Assembly: GCA_902515405.1 (NCBI GenBank)
Contig: CABXUS010000001.1
Location: forward strand, 26,639 to 90,638
Reading direction: 5' to 3'
Source of the DNA: an uncultured Bacteroidota bacterium
GTDB lineage: Bacteria; Bacteroidota; Bacteroidia; Flavobacteriales; Flavobacteriaceae
DNA length: 64,000 nt
Made by a program: the position numbers and the translations under genes. Below the pieces are notes generated by a model that worked only from the letters and a program-made list of their open reading frames with translations, was not told the DNA's origin and did not search any database. Positions 22,165 through 32,235 of the stretch are shown one piece after another. Each line of letters begins with the position of its first letter. Within the stretch, counting starts at the first letter, position 1.

Positions 22165-22601
22165 ATTTTTTTATACATTAAATAATGTAGACCAATTTGC
22201 CCAATAGAATATTTAATATTGGTATTAATATAATTTAATTTTAGGTAAAAAGGTATAGCATTTTCTCTTGCATTCATCCAAACAGTACTAATTTTTAATT
22301 CTTTTAAACTAGTTTCAACTGCTTTGACTATTTTTTTACCTACTCCTTTTTTTTGAAATGAGTCATCAACACAAAGTGCTCTCATCTGATAACAGTTTTT
22401 GAATCTCATTTTTTGACATTTATTTTTTATTAAAGAAACAGCTCCTATTAGTTTTCCTGAATAAAATGCTCCTAAATGATAAGTATCGTTGAGTTCATCG
22501 CCATCAAATTTACAATTGTCTGGACTTATATTGTTTCTTAGAATTTTACTTCTTAAAAACAAGAGCTCATTTGATTTGATAAATTTTATAGTTAAATTCA
22601 A
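22161..22601 (-). CDS. GNAT-family N-acetyltransferase
   Basis: 146 aa. Acetyl-CoA motif RALCVDDSFQKKGVGKKIV. Confidence 0.75.
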   Translation of the reverse strand: MNLTIKFIKSNELLFLRSKILRNNISPDNCKFDGDELNDTYHLGAFYSGKLIGAVSLIKNKCQKMRFKNCYQMRALCVDDSFQKKGVGKKIVKAVETSLKELKISTVWMNARENAIPFYLKLNYINTNIKYSIGQIGLHYLMYKKI

Positions 22602-22641
22602 AGAAATAAATTTATTTGTTAAAATAAATAAAATTTTTTTT

Positions 22642-22714
22642 GCGGGAGTAGCTCAGTTGGTAGAGCGTCAGCCTTCCAAGCTGAATGTCGCCGGTTCGAA
22701 CCCGGTCTCCCGCT
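22642..22714 (+). tRNA. tRNA-Gly (anticodon UCC)
   Basis: Cloverleaf folded by hand: acceptor GCGGGAG/CTCCCGC, D arm GCTC..GAGC, anticodon stem TCAGC/GCTGA with loop CTTCCAA, T arm GCCGG-TTCGAAC-CCGGT. Confidence 0.9.
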
Positions 22715-22730
22715 CACATAAAATATAGTT

Positions 22731-23516
22731 ATGAAAAAATCTCTTAATTTTTTTTATGTAGGTCTGGCAATTTTTTTTATTGCAATAGGATACAAAAGTT
22801 TATATAATGGTGATGATTGGGAGCATATTTTTAATGGAAATAGTCTTGATGATTGGACTGTTAAAATTAAAGGCTATCCAAGTGGTGAAAATTTTGGAAA
22901 CACCTTTAAAGTACAAGATGGACAAATTCTAGTCTCATATGAGAACTATGAAAATTTTGATTTTAGATATGGTCATTTATATTATACCAAGAAAAAATTT
23001 AAAAATTATCATCTCAAGTTGGAATACAAGTTTTTTGGTGAACAAGCTAATGGTGGCGAAGGATGGGCTACAAAAAATAGTGGTGTTATGTTTCACAGTC
23101 AGCATCCAGAGACTCTTTTGATAGATCAATCATTTCCAGTAAGTATAGAAACTCAGTTTTTAGGAGGACTCAACGATGGTTCTCGTCCAACTGGAAATTT
23201 ATGTACACCAGGTACTGATGTGGATATGAATTCAGTTAAAGTTAAGGGACACTGCACAAGATCAAAATCAGATACCTTCAATAATGATGATTGGGTCGAA
23301 GCAGAAATTATTGTTTACTCTGATTCTATAGCTCATCATATTATAAATGGAAAAACTGTTTTAACTTATACAAATTTAAGATATGGTGATGATGGTAGAC
23401 TACCTGAAAATATGATTGATAAAAAGGATAAAAAGCTAACCGAAGGATATATTTCTTTACAATCTGAAAGTCACCCTATAAAGTTTAGAAACATCAGAAT
23501 TAAATCTTTGAACTAG
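22731..23516 (+). CDS. DUF1080 (3-keto-disaccharide hydrolase-like) domain protein
   Basis: 261 aa. N-terminal TM/signal, W..KIKG...F.V.DG.I.., NSGVMFHSQ, and C-terminal GYISLQSESHPIKFRNIRIK typical of DUF1080. Confidence 0.65.
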   Translation: MKKSLNFFYVGLAIFFIAIGYKSLYNGDDWEHIFNGNSLDDWTVKIKGYPSGENFGNTFKVQDGQILVSYENYENFDFRYGHLYYTKKKFKNYHLKLEYKFFGEQANGGEGWATKNSGVMFHSQHPETLLIDQSFPVSIETQFLGGLNDGSRPTGNLCTPGTDVDMNSVKVKGHCTRSKSDTFNNDDWVEAEIIVYSDSIAHHIINGKTVLTYTNLRYGDDGRLPENMIDKKDKKLTEGYISLQSESHPIKFRNIRIKSLN

Positions 23517-23517
23517 T

Positions 23518-24261
23518 ATGAGAATTTTTTTAAATATCTTTCTTTTAATTGCGATAAATTTTACCTACTCACAAGATGACTACAGAACATGGATTAAAGG
23601 AAAAGTTCTCTACAAAAATATAAATGTAAATTCAGCAAATGTCATAAACAACACCTCTAAACAAGCCACGACAACTAATGAGGAAGGAGAATTTGAAATT
23701 GAGGTTAAACTTAACGATAAATTGATTTTTTCATCTGTACAGTATCAAATTAGAGAATTAAATATAACTAAAGAAATACTTCAAAAAAATAGAATTGTAA
23801 TTGATGTAAATGAAAAAGTAACCGAATTGGATCAAGTAGTTGTTACACCGGATGATAAAGAAAAATTTTTAGATTTAAAAGAAGAGGAATTTAAAAGGTT
23901 TGATTATACATTTGATAAATCAACAAGAGTTAATAATGTAATTAATGAAGAAGGAAAATTAAAAAATGGTGTCAATTTTGTAAACCTTTACAGACTTATA
24001 TCTAAATCAATTAGTGATCAATCTCAAGAGAAAAGTGTAAATTTTAAATATCGTCCAAGTGATTTATTAAGGGAACTTTATGACGATATTTTCTTTACTA
24101 AAAACTTAATGATTCCTGATGATAAAATAAATGAGTTTTTACTTTATTGTGATGATAATTTTCCTGATAGAATCTTACTTCAAAAAGATAATGAGTTTGA
24201 ATTAATTGAGTTTCTTGTTAAACAAAGTAAAAAGTTTGTAAAGTCCATTGCAAAAAATTAG
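23518..24261 (+). CDS. secreted CarboxypepD_reg-like domain protein (paralog 1)
   Basis: 247 aa. Signal peptide, then a transthyretin-like module (IKGKV...NVINNTS..ATTTNEEGEFEIEV..D.LIFSSVQYQ) and an LDQVVV linker. Confidence 0.45.
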   Translation: MRIFLNIFLLIAINFTYSQDDYRTWIKGKVLYKNINVNSANVINNTSKQATTTNEEGEFEIEVKLNDKLIFSSVQYQIRELNITKEILQKNRIVIDVNEKVTELDQVVVTPDDKEKFLDLKEEEFKRFDYTFDKSTRVNNVINEEGKLKNGVNFVNLYRLISKSISDQSQEKSVNFKYRPSDLLRELYDDIFFTKNLMIPDDKINEFLLYCDDNFPDRILLQKDNEFELIEFLVKQSKKFVKSIAKN

Positions 24262-25030
24262 ATACATATTATTTTTTTCATTGGTTTCAAGTTTTCTTTA
24301 TTCTCAAGAAAATAATTTTAAAACAATAGTTGGTGAAGTTATAAATGACACTATAGATATTAGTGGAATTCACGTTATTAATAGCACATCAGGTGCTAAG
24401 ACAATAACAGATAATAAAGGGTTTTTTAAAGTAGGAGTTAGAGAAAATGACTCAATATTTTTCACATCTGTTCAAATTAAGACTCAGTTAATAATAATTG
24501 AAAAAGCTGTTTATCAATCTGACTCAATTAGAGTTTACCTTGAGCCAATTATTAATGAGCTAGAAAGTGTAACTGTTTCACCATATAATTTATCTGGAGA
24601 TTTGATTTCCGATATGAAAAAAATTAATGAAAAAGAGGTTTTTAATTTTGATGATGCTGGTATTCCAGGCTTTAAAGGAGAAAGAAAGGAAAAAATTGTT
24701 TATAAAAATAGTGGAAGCCTTCTTTTAAATGCAATTCTTCTTCCAGTTATGCCACTCGATATTGATGCTGCATATAAACAATTGAGTGGTTATTATAAAA
24801 CCCTAAGAAAAGCGAGAGAATTAGAGTCAAGATCTGGTATTGCAGCAGATATAATTCAATTTTACGGAGTTAATTTTTTTATAGAAAATTACAAATTAGA
24901 CATTGATAGTGTTTATGAATTTGTAATTGGTGCTATGGAAAATTATGATATGGAGATAGATTTTAAAAACTCAAATCATATTCTAGTTTTAACTAATCTT
25001 GAAAAATTTTATGAATCAATTAATTATTAA
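24248..25030 (+). CDS. secreted CarboxypepD_reg-like domain protein (paralog 2, TTG start)
   Basis: 260 aa. Same architecture as 23518-24261 (IVGEV...HVINSTSGAKTITDNKGFFKVGV..D.IFFTSVQIK, LESVTV). Confidence 0.45.
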   Translation: MQKIRYILFFSLVSSFLYSQENNFKTIVGEVINDTIDISGIHVINSTSGAKTITDNKGFFKVGVRENDSIFFTSVQIKTQLIIIEKAVYQSDSIRVYLEPIINELESVTVSPYNLSGDLISDMKKINEKEVFNFDDAGIPGFKGERKEKIVYKNSGSLLLNAILLPVMPLDIDAAYKQLSGYYKTLRKARELESRSGIAADIIQFYGVNFFIENYKLDIDSVYEFVIGAMENYDMEIDFKNSNHILVLTNLEKFYESINY

Positions 25031-25487
25031 ATTATCTACAGTTTTACTTCTAATATTTTTACATAAGTATTATGTAAGCTCTACTTTAATTGATTTTAAT
25101 CAAGAATCAGGTACATACCAAGTAAGCTTAAAAATTTTTCATGATGATTTAGAAAAAGATTTAGGCTTTAATTCAAATAAATTAGATTACTCAAATTATG
25201 AGAAAACTAATTTATTAATTACTAATTATTTGAAAGATAATTTTAAAATTTACAGCAATACAATTGATTTTGAATTAGATTACTTAGGATTTGAAAGAAA
25301 AAATGATCTATTAATTTATTATATAGAAGTTTATAATAATGATTCAAAAAGTTTTATTGTTGAGAATAAAATTTTATTTAATTCATTTAAAAATCAAAAA
25401 AATATTATTCTTTTTAGATCAAATAATTATAAAAAAAGCTTTATTCACACAAACAATAATTTCCAAAGCAAAATTATTATTCCATAA
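25011..25487 (+). CDS. hypothetical secreted protein (possibly DUF6702-like)
   Basis: About 158 aa. N-terminal hydrophobic segment, then HKYYVSSTLIDFNQESGTYQVSLKIFHDDLEKDL. Family is from memory only. Confidence 0.3.
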   Translation: MNQLIIKLSTVLLLIFLHKYYVSSTLIDFNQESGTYQVSLKIFHDDLEKDLGFNSNKLDYSNYEKTNLLITNYLKDNFKIYSNTIDFELDYLGFERKNDLLIYYIEVYNNDSKSFIVENKILFNSFKNQKNIILFRSNNYKKSFIHTNNNFQSKIIIP

Positions 25488-25526
25488 ATAGATATTTAGT
25501 AAATTTACATTCATTAATTATTACAT

Positions 25527-27815
25527 ATGAAAACACATTTAACTTTTTCAATACTTTTTTTTATAGTCTTTCCTTTAAATATTTTTTCTCAACAAGAAAA
25601 ACAAGAAGGACATATAAACACCAATAAATTCAGGCAGTTGTACGAAGAATTTTCCAGTCCTAACATGTATAGGACTGCATCTGGAGCACCAGGTCCAGCA
25701 TATTATCAGCAACAAGCAGATTATAAGATGAATATTGAGTTAGATGACAAAAATAAAAAAGTTTATGGCGACCAGACTGTAACTTACACAAATAACTCAC
25801 CCGAGACATTAAGTTATATTTGGCTACAATTAGATCAAAACGTTAGAAAAAAAGACTCCCCAAGTCTTGAAATTGACTCTGATGGAGTTGGTCCGGCATA
25901 TATTCCTGATTCATTTGATAAAGAATTCTTAAAAAGTCCATTTGACGGAGGGTTTAATATTGAATATGTTACCAGTACTGAAAATAAACCATTAAAGTAT
26001 ATCATCAATCAAACAATGATGAGAATTGATTTGCCAAATCCTATTTCAAATGGTCAATCTTTTTCATTTAAAATTAAATGGTGGTATAATATAAATGATC
26101 ACGTTAAGCAAGATGGCAGATCCGGTTATGAAACATTTTCAAATGATGATAACAGAGCTTATATAATTGCTCAATTTTACCCTAGGATGTGTGTTTATAA
26201 TGAAGTAGAAGGTTGGCAAAATTATCAGTTTTGGGGGGACGGTGAATTCGCACTACCCTTTGGGGACTTTGAAGTAAATATTACAGTTCCATCTGATCAT
26301 ATTCTTGAAGCTACGGGTGAGTTGATTAATAGAAAAGAGGTTTACACAAAAGATATGATGAAAAGGTTTAATCAAGCTAAAAAGTCATTTGATAAGCCTG
26401 TTATTATTGTTTCACAAGATGAAGCAGTCGAAGCAGAAAAGACTTTTTCAAATGAGAAAAAAACTTGGAAGTTTTTAGCTAAAAATGTTAGAGATTTTGC
26501 TTTTGCAACATCAAGAAAATATATTCTTGAAATGATGGCAGTAAAAATTGGTGATGAAGATGTAATGGCTGTTTCTATATATCCAAAAGAGGGAAATCCT
26601 TTGTGGGAGGAATATTCAACTATTACTGTTGTTGAAGCTCTTAAAACTTTTTCAAAGTTTACTTTTGATTATCCATATCATAAAGCAGTTTCAGTTCATG
26701 CTCATCAAATAGGAATGGAATACCCAATGATATGTTTCAACTTTGGCAGACCAAATTTTGATGGTTCATATTCTGATGATGTAAAGTTTGGAATGATTGG
26801 TGTAATAATTCATGAAATTGGACATAATTTCTTTCCGATGATTGTTAATAGTGATGAAAGACAATGGGCGTGGATGGATGAAGGTCTTACCACATTTGTT
26901 CAATATTTAGCGGAACAAGAATTTGGCGAAAAATATCCAGATGCAATTTATCCAAATAAAAATTTTCCATCGGATAGAGGACCAGCTAATCTAATTACTG
27001 ATTATATGAGTGTTGAACAAAAATTTTTAGCGCCAATCATGTCAAACCCAGAAAATGTATTTAGTTTAGGCCCTAATGCATATGGTAAGCCTGCTACTGC
27101 TTTAAATATTTTAAGAGAAACTATTATGGGTAAAGAGTTATTTGATTATGCTTTTAAAACCTATTCACAAAGATGGATGTTTAAACATCCAACTCCTGAA
27201 GATTTTTTTAGAACAATGGAAGATGCTTCTGCTGTTGATTTAGATTGGTTTTGGAGAGGATGGTTTTATACAACAGACTATGTAGATATTTCGATAAAGG
27301 AGTTGAATCAGTATTTTGTTTCACCAAATCCAGGTGATGAAATGAAAAAAATCATGGAGGAAAGAGGTATTCAAAGAAATAGACTTAGACCTCTTGTGTT
27401 TTTTGAAAAATTTGAAAATGACACTGAAAATCATAAAGAAAAACCTCCTTTAGAAAACTCCAAGCTTTTAAATAATTATATAAAAGAAAATTATTCAGAA
27501 GATGAAATCAAGAATTTAGAAATACCAAAATATTTCTATGAAGTTGTATTTGAAAAACCTGGTGGATTGGTAATGCCTATAATTGTTGATATAAAATTTG
27601 AAGATGGAGAAATTCAAAGAAAAACATATCCTGCTCAAGTTTGGAGAAAAAATGATAAAGAGGTAAGAAAACTTATAACATCAAATAAAAAAATTATTGA
27701 AATAGTATTAGATCCTGAAAAGGAAACAGCAGATATTGATACTAGAAATAATTCATGGCCAAAGAAGGAAGAAAATACAGATTTCGATAAGTTTAAATCA
27801 AGGATTCAAGGATGA
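25527..27815 (+). CDS. M1-family zinc metallopeptidase (secreted)
   Basis: 762 aa. Signal peptide and the gluzincin motif HEIGH-x18-E (HEIGHNFFPMIVNSDERQWAWMDEG). Confidence 0.8.
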   Translation: MKTHLTFSILFFIVFPLNIFSQQEKQEGHINTNKFRQLYEEFSSPNMYRTASGAPGPAYYQQQADYKMNIELDDKNKKVYGDQTVTYTNNSPETLSYIWLQLDQNVRKKDSPSLEIDSDGVGPAYIPDSFDKEFLKSPFDGGFNIEYVTSTENKPLKYIINQTMMRIDLPNPISNGQSFSFKIKWWYNINDHVKQDGRSGYETFSNDDNRAYIIAQFYPRMCVYNEVEGWQNYQFWGDGEFALPFGDFEVNITVPSDHILEATGELINRKEVYTKDMMKRFNQAKKSFDKPVIIVSQDEAVEAEKTFSNEKKTWKFLAKNVRDFAFATSRKYILEMMAVKIGDEDVMAVSIYPKEGNPLWEEYSTITVVEALKTFSKFTFDYPYHKAVSVHAHQIGMEYPMICFNFGRPNFDGSYSDDVKFGMIGVIIHEIGHNFFPMIVNSDERQWAWMDEGLTTFVQYLAEQEFGEKYPDAIYPNKNFPSDRGPANLITDYMSVEQKFLAPIMSNPENVFSLGPNAYGKPATALNILRETIMGKELFDYAFKTYSQRWMFKHPTPEDFFRTMEDASAVDLDWFWRGWFYTTDYVDISIKELNQYFVSPNPGDEMKKIMEERGIQRNRLRPLVFFEKFENDTENHKEKPPLENSKLLNNYIKENYSEDEIKNLEIPKYFYEVVFEKPGGLVMPIIVDIKFEDGEIQRKTYPAQVWRKNDKEVRKLITSNKKIIEIVLDPEKETADIDTRNNSWPKKEENTDFDKFKSRIQG

Positions 27816-28078
27816 CATTTTTATTTATTAGTGGTGCAGAAATAGTATTTATATTTTTTATAATTCTAATGATTTTTGGAGCTGACAGAATTCCAGATAT
27901 TGCCAAAGGAATGGCTCAAGGAATTAGAAAAGTTAAAAATGCTACTCAAGAAATAAGATCTGAAATTAAAAAAAGTGCTGAGAAAAAAGGTATTGACACA
28001 GATTCAATTTCCAAAGAAATAGATAAAGTTAAAGATGATATTGATGATTTAACTGGTTCAATGAAAAGAAACCTTTAA
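27812..28078 (+). CDS. tatA: TatA/E-family Sec-independent translocase subunit
   Basis: 88 aa. N-terminal TM helix then an amphipathic helix (IILMIFGADRIPDIAKGMAQGIRKVKNA). ATGA overlap with the M1 peptidase stop. Confidence 0.7.
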   Translation: MTFLFISGAEIVFIFFIILMIFGADRIPDIAKGMAQGIRKVKNATQEIRSEIKKSAEKKGIDTDSISKEIDKVKDDIDDLTGSMKRNL

Positions 28079-28719
28079 TTCTTTATAATTATATTTAGGC
28101 CATCTCTCAATGGAAGAATAATATTCTCAACTCTATTATCCTTAGCTATAATTTTATTAAAATCTATCAAATATTGAGTTAATTCATCGTCATAACTTTC
28201 CGGATCAACAACCTTTCCAGTCCAAAGCACATTATCTGCAATAATTAAACCTCCACTTCTGACTTTATCAATACATAAATTATAATATTCAGTATAGTTT
28301 TCTTTATCTGCATCTAAAAAAATCAGATCAAAAGTTTCATCAATTTTTCCAATAATTTCTTTGGCATCTCCAACATGTTGAATGATTGAGTTTGTAGTTT
28401 TTGTTTTTTTAAAATATTTTTTTTGAATTGAAACTAATTCTTCATTTATGTCTATTGTATGAATAATTCCGCTATTAATTAATCCTTCTGCCATACATAT
28501 TGCTGAATATCCAGTATAAGTCCCAATCTCAAGTATTTTTTTTGGTTTAATTAATTTACTAATAATTGATAAAAATCTTCCTTGTAAGTGACCGCTTAAC
28601 ATCCTAGGATTAAAAACTTTTAAATAAGTTTCTTTATTTAAATCTTTTAAAATTTGAGGTTCCTTTGAAGAATTTTTTTCAATATAATCTTCAATTTTAT
28701 TATTAACTATTTTGCTCAT
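28075..28719 (-). CDS. class I SAM-dependent O-methyltransferase (caffeoyl-CoA OMT-like)
   Basis: 214 aa. ILEIGTYTGYSAI, FDLIFLDADKENY, GGLIIADNVLW. Confidence 0.8.
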   Translation of the reverse strand: MSKIVNNKIEDYIEKNSSKEPQILKDLNKETYLKVFNPRMLSGHLQGRFLSIISKLIKPKKILEIGTYTGYSAICMAEGLINSGIIHTIDINEELVSIQKKYFKKTKTTNSIIQHVGDAKEIIGKIDETFDLIFLDADKENYTEYYNLCIDKVRSGGLIIADNVLWTGKVVDPESYDDELTQYLIDFNKIIAKDNRVENIILPLRDGLNIIIKN

Positions 28720-29333
28720 TTTTTTGGACGTGCATATTCAAATCTTTCAATCAATTTTGTTTCAGCATATCCATCCAGCCCATTTATAGCAACAGTTTTG
28801 GCTATATCTAATCTTAACCATCCATCATCCTGGAGTATTCCGTCATCAACATATATTCCTTCAATTGAAGCTACAACTAAAATTGTGTCATTTTCTTTAA
28901 TATCGTATTCATTTAAGTACTTACATGCAAGCTTGATTTTAGAACTTTTCACAAAAGGAGCAATGAAATCATCAAGGTATTCTGCCTCTAAATTTGTTTG
29001 GTCAAATTCGGAAATTTCTTTTGGATATTTTGCTGAAGTATGGTGCGCATCTTTAATATCGTGTACGTTAATATGGTTCACTGTAAAATACTTCAGTTTA
29101 AACATATTATTATAGGTGTTTCTAGGAACTGTTCGAGGTCTCAAAACAAATCCAATCATTGCAGGATTACTACCTAAATGTGTTATTGAACTAAATACTG
29201 CTAGATTTGTATTTCCTTCATTATCAATAGATCCTAAAAGGTTGGCAGATTTATATCCAGTACAACTATTAATTAAATTTAATCTGTATATTTTATCTAG
29301 ATTTTCAATTTTTTTTTTACTAAAGTGTACCAT
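28716..29333 (-). CDS. flavin reductase-like (FMN-binding split-barrel) protein
   Basis: 205 aa. Pattern NL.SS..G.KSANLLGS....G.TNLAVFSS..HLGSNP resembles the flavin reductase domain family. Confidence 0.55.
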   Translation of the reverse strand: MVHFSKKKIENLDKIYRLNLINSCTGYKSANLLGSIDNEGNTNLAVFSSITHLGSNPAMIGFVLRPRTVPRNTYNNMFKLKYFTVNHINVHDIKDAHHTSAKYPKEISEFDQTNLEAEYLDDFIAPFVKSSKIKLACKYLNEYDIKENDTILVVASIEGIYVDDGILQDDGWLRLDIAKTVAINGLDGYAETKLIERFEYARPKK

Positions 29334-29352
29334 TTTTTATACATTTAAAATT

Positions 29353-30738
29353 ATGAAATTTTATAGCAGAACTCTACTATTTGTATCAATTTTATTTTTT
29401 TCATGTAATGATTCATCGAATAATCTAGATAAACCAAATATTATCCTAATTATGGCAGATGATCTCGGTTATGAAGCAATAGGAATTAATGGAGCAGATG
29501 AATATAATACACCTGTCTTAGATTCATTAGCTGTAAATGGAATAAACTTTCACAATGCATATTCTCAGCCTCTTTGTACACCTACAAGGGTTAAAATAAT
29601 GACTGGTAAACCAAACTATGTAAATTATGAATACTTCACATATTTAAACCCTAATCAAAAAACCTTTGGAAATTTATTTCAAGAAAATGGTTACAAAACT
29701 GCGCTAGCTGGAAAATGGCAATTGAATGGAGTCCAGTATGATATAGAGAACAATCAAGATCTCGAAAGACCTTATCAATTTGGTTTTGATGAATATTGCC
29801 TGTGGTGGCTTAGAGAAAGAGGGAATAGATTTGCAGATCCAAATATTGTTCAAAATGGAGAAAAACTCAATAAAGGTATTGATGACTATGGACCGGACAT
29901 ATTTACAGACTTTATAATTGACTTTATTGATAAAAACAAGGAAGACCCTTTCTTTATTTATTATCCTATGGCACTTGTTCATGACCCTTTTCTTCCAACA
30001 CCTGATTCAAATGATTGGGATGATTTAGAAAAAAGAAATACAGGCAATAAACCGGTTTATTTCTCTGATATGTTGACTTACATGGACAAAATTGTTGGTA
30101 GGATTTCAAATACACTTGACAAAAATAAATTAGATAACACTATATTAATTTTCATTGGAGATAACGGAACAGACACAAAAGTTGTAACTCTAAATAAAGG
30201 TAATGAGATTCGCGGTGCAAAAGGATCAACAATTAAGTACGCCTCAAATGTCCCAATGATTGTTAATTGGAAAAGTCAAATCAAAGAGGGTTTTAATAGT
30301 GATGCTATGATTGATTTCACAGACTTTTATGCAACTTTTGAGGATATTCTCAACATAGATGCTCAACAATCTTATGGTAAGACTATTATGCCATTAATAA
30401 CTAATAATAATTATAATGAAAGAGATGTTCTAATAACATATTATGATCCTATATGGGGTTCAGACGGTTTAGGAAGAGGTGTTTATGCTCAAAATAAGGA
30501 TTATAAACTATATAAAAATGGCAACTTTTTTAACTTTTCAAATGATTTATATGAAAAAAATCCAATCGACGTGACCACATTATCAGAAACTGATAATGAA
30601 ATATATTCTTTACTAAAAATATCATTGGATTCAATTCCTGAATTACCTGAATATAATCATAATGGTTGGCAAGAAAGAAGAAAAGAAGTTAATGAAAGTG
30701 GAAAGTTTAATAATATATGGCAACTAAATACAAAATAG
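29353..30738 (+). CDS. Cys-type sulfatase (lipoprotein)
   Basis: Lipobox LFFSC, IILIMADDLGYEAIG and the formylglycine motif LCTPTRVKIMTG. The ORF-track start at 29116 is antisense to the previous gene and was rejected. Confidence 0.85.
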   Translation: MKFYSRTLLFVSILFFSCNDSSNNLDKPNIILIMADDLGYEAIGINGADEYNTPVLDSLAVNGINFHNAYSQPLCTPTRVKIMTGKPNYVNYEYFTYLNPNQKTFGNLFQENGYKTALAGKWQLNGVQYDIENNQDLERPYQFGFDEYCLWWLRERGNRFADPNIVQNGEKLNKGIDDYGPDIFTDFIIDFIDKNKEDPFFIYYPMALVHDPFLPTPDSNDWDDLEKRNTGNKPVYFSDMLTYMDKIVGRISNTLDKNKLDNTILIFIGDNGTDTKVVTLNKGNEIRGAKGSTIKYASNVPMIVNWKSQIKEGFNSDAMIDFTDFYATFEDILNIDAQQSYGKTIMPLITNNNYNERDVLITYYDPIWGSDGLGRGVYAQNKDYKLYKNGNFFNFSNDLYEKNPIDVTTLSETDNEIYSLLKISLDSIPELPEYNHNGWQERRKEVNESGKFNNIWQLNTK

Positions 30739-30914
30739 CAACAACTCTACTAGTTTTTGGTATTATATGTTTTGTTTCATTCGAACTTATAGGAAGTGAG
30801 GTGGATGAAAATGGATTCATAAATGAGCCTTTTGCTTTATTACCAATCGGATTTATATTTATTTGTTTATCTATGGTTTTATTTATAGTTTTTGCATTAA
30901 TCAAAAAAAAATAA
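30717..30914 (+). CDS. small two-TM membrane protein (DUF3955-like)
   Basis: 65 aa. Two hydrophobic helices flank EVDENGFINEPFALLPIG. Overlaps the sulfatase 3' end by 22 nt. Confidence 0.4.
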   Translation: MATKYKIATTLLVFGIICFVSFELIGSEVDENGFINEPFALLPIGFIFICLSMVLFIVFALIKKK

Positions 30915-30932
30915 GGTGCAAAAGCACCTTAT
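30902..30932. terminator. bidirectional intrinsic terminator between convergent genes
   Basis: Hairpin ATAAGGTGC-AAAA-GCACCTTAT (30911-30932). An A8 run at 30903-30910 gives a U-tract for the minus-strand transcript. Confidence 0.6.
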
Positions 30933-30959
30933 TTAAAATTTTAAAAATTAGATATTAAA

Positions 30960-31649
30960 TTAATTTTTTCTATCACTATCTTTTGATTCCTTACATTTTC
31001 CGTGAAACTCTCTCATTTCTTCATGACTTGAAATAGTGTAGCTAGTTTTTGTGTCTTTTTCAATCCAATAAATATTTATTGGAAATATAAATTGAGCTCT
31101 TTCCTTTACATCTGGATTTTCTTTATGCCAAGTCCTTAACGCTTCAGAATGTTCTTTTCTATCAGCTGCTTCAACTACTGAATCATCTGGGAACTTAATT
31201 GATACTGGGTATTCTAAATAAAAACAATTCTTTTTCTTACTTTTTTTATCGTCTCCCTTATCATCTTTATCTCCTCTATCATCGTCTTTATCGCCTTTGT
31301 CATCCTTATCATCACCTCTTGATCTTTGAAGTTCTCTTCCGTTAATGTCAAAATAAATATCAGCAGATTTATCTCCCATAAAGAAGAAATCTAGTGTTCT
31401 CGTTTTAACTTCATAACCTAGTTTTGGAGCAAGCTTTCCATCATCAAAAAAATCATCAGGCATATTTGAACTTATAGTATTTTTAGCATCGATTGGAAGA
31501 TCGGATTCTAATATTTGAACTTTTTCTTCTGAGCTAATTATAGCATCAATTAATTCATCATCAGTCATTTCATCTGTTATTTCACATGATGAAGAAATGA
31601 ATAAAAAAAGGAAAGGTATAATTTTTAAAATTGAATTTTTCATTTTCAT
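30960..31649 (-). CDS. hypothetical lipoprotein with Asp/Lys-rich low-complexity linker
   Basis: 229 aa. Lipobox FISSSC, acidic N-terminal half, RGDDKDDKGDKDDDRGDKDDKGDDKKSKKK at aa 111-140, and a C-terminal module bounded by Cys residues. Confidence 0.5.
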   Translation of the reverse strand: MKMKNSILKIIPFLFLFISSSCEITDEMTDDELIDAIISSEEKVQILESDLPIDAKNTISSNMPDDFFDDGKLAPKLGYEVKTRTLDFFFMGDKSADIYFDINGRELQRSRGDDKDDKGDKDDDRGDKDDKGDDKKSKKKNCFYLEYPVSIKFPDDSVVEAADRKEHSEALRTWHKENPDVKERAQFIFPINIYWIEKDTKTSYTISSHEEMREFHGKCKESKDSDRKN

Positions 31650-31691
31650 TTTTTTTAAATTTAATTAAAATATTGCATATTAACCATATAA

Positions 31692-32099
31692 CTATAAATT
31701 TAACTTAGCTTTTTCATTTAAGATATTTCTTATAAACTCATGATCTTTGGAATTATTTGTTTGAACTTTTAAAAACCTGTGATCAATATGAAATGTGTAT
31801 TTATCACTTTCACCTTTTATAATAACAAGTTTGTAATATGGAATTATTAATGCATAAGTGTCAAGAAGAACTCTAAAATAAATCATTATTCCTTTTTGTC
31901 TTCTTTCAATATTACATTGATTTAGATTGTTATCAAGAATTAAAAGATTTTCAATTTCTTTACTCGCTTTAGTAATTAATAATTTTCTAGATCCAATTCC
32001 TTTTTGTTTAATTCTTTCTAAAAGATTAAATGGTTTTCCTACAAATTCATCTATTTCTTTTTTTTGTTTATCATTATTATAGGATACATTTTTTAGCAT
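31692..32099 (-). CDS. hypothetical protein, 135 aa, no recognisable motif
   Basis: Only an ORF of plausible coding composition. No signal peptide. Confidence 0.35.
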   Translation of the reverse strand: MLKNVSYNNDKQKKEIDEFVGKPFNLLERIKQKGIGSRKLLITKASKEIENLLILDNNLNQCNIERRQKGIMIYFRVLLDTYALIIPYYKLVIIKGESDKYTFHIDHRFLKVQTNNSKDHEFIRNILNEKAKLNL

Positions 32100-32235
32100 G
32101 AAATATCATTTTAATTCAATCATACAATAAATGAGCCAAGAAATAATCAATCTTTAACTATTATCTCAGTTGTTTAAGCTAATATTCTTGATATAAAGAG
32201 TTGAATAGATTATATTAGATAAAAAATTATTTGAT

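Noticed and set aside
29116-29352. N-terminal 79-aa extension of the sulfatase ORF, and the 28798-29115 ORF
   Set aside because: Both are antisense to the flavin-reductase-like gene. The sulfatase has a proper lipoprotein signal starting at ATG 29353.
31230-31319. Repetitive GAT/AAA-rich DNA as a possible tandem repeat, VNTR or CRISPR-like element
   Set aside because: It is an in-frame Asp/Lys low-complexity tract of a lipoprotein. The units are imperfect and there is no repeat-spacer architecture.
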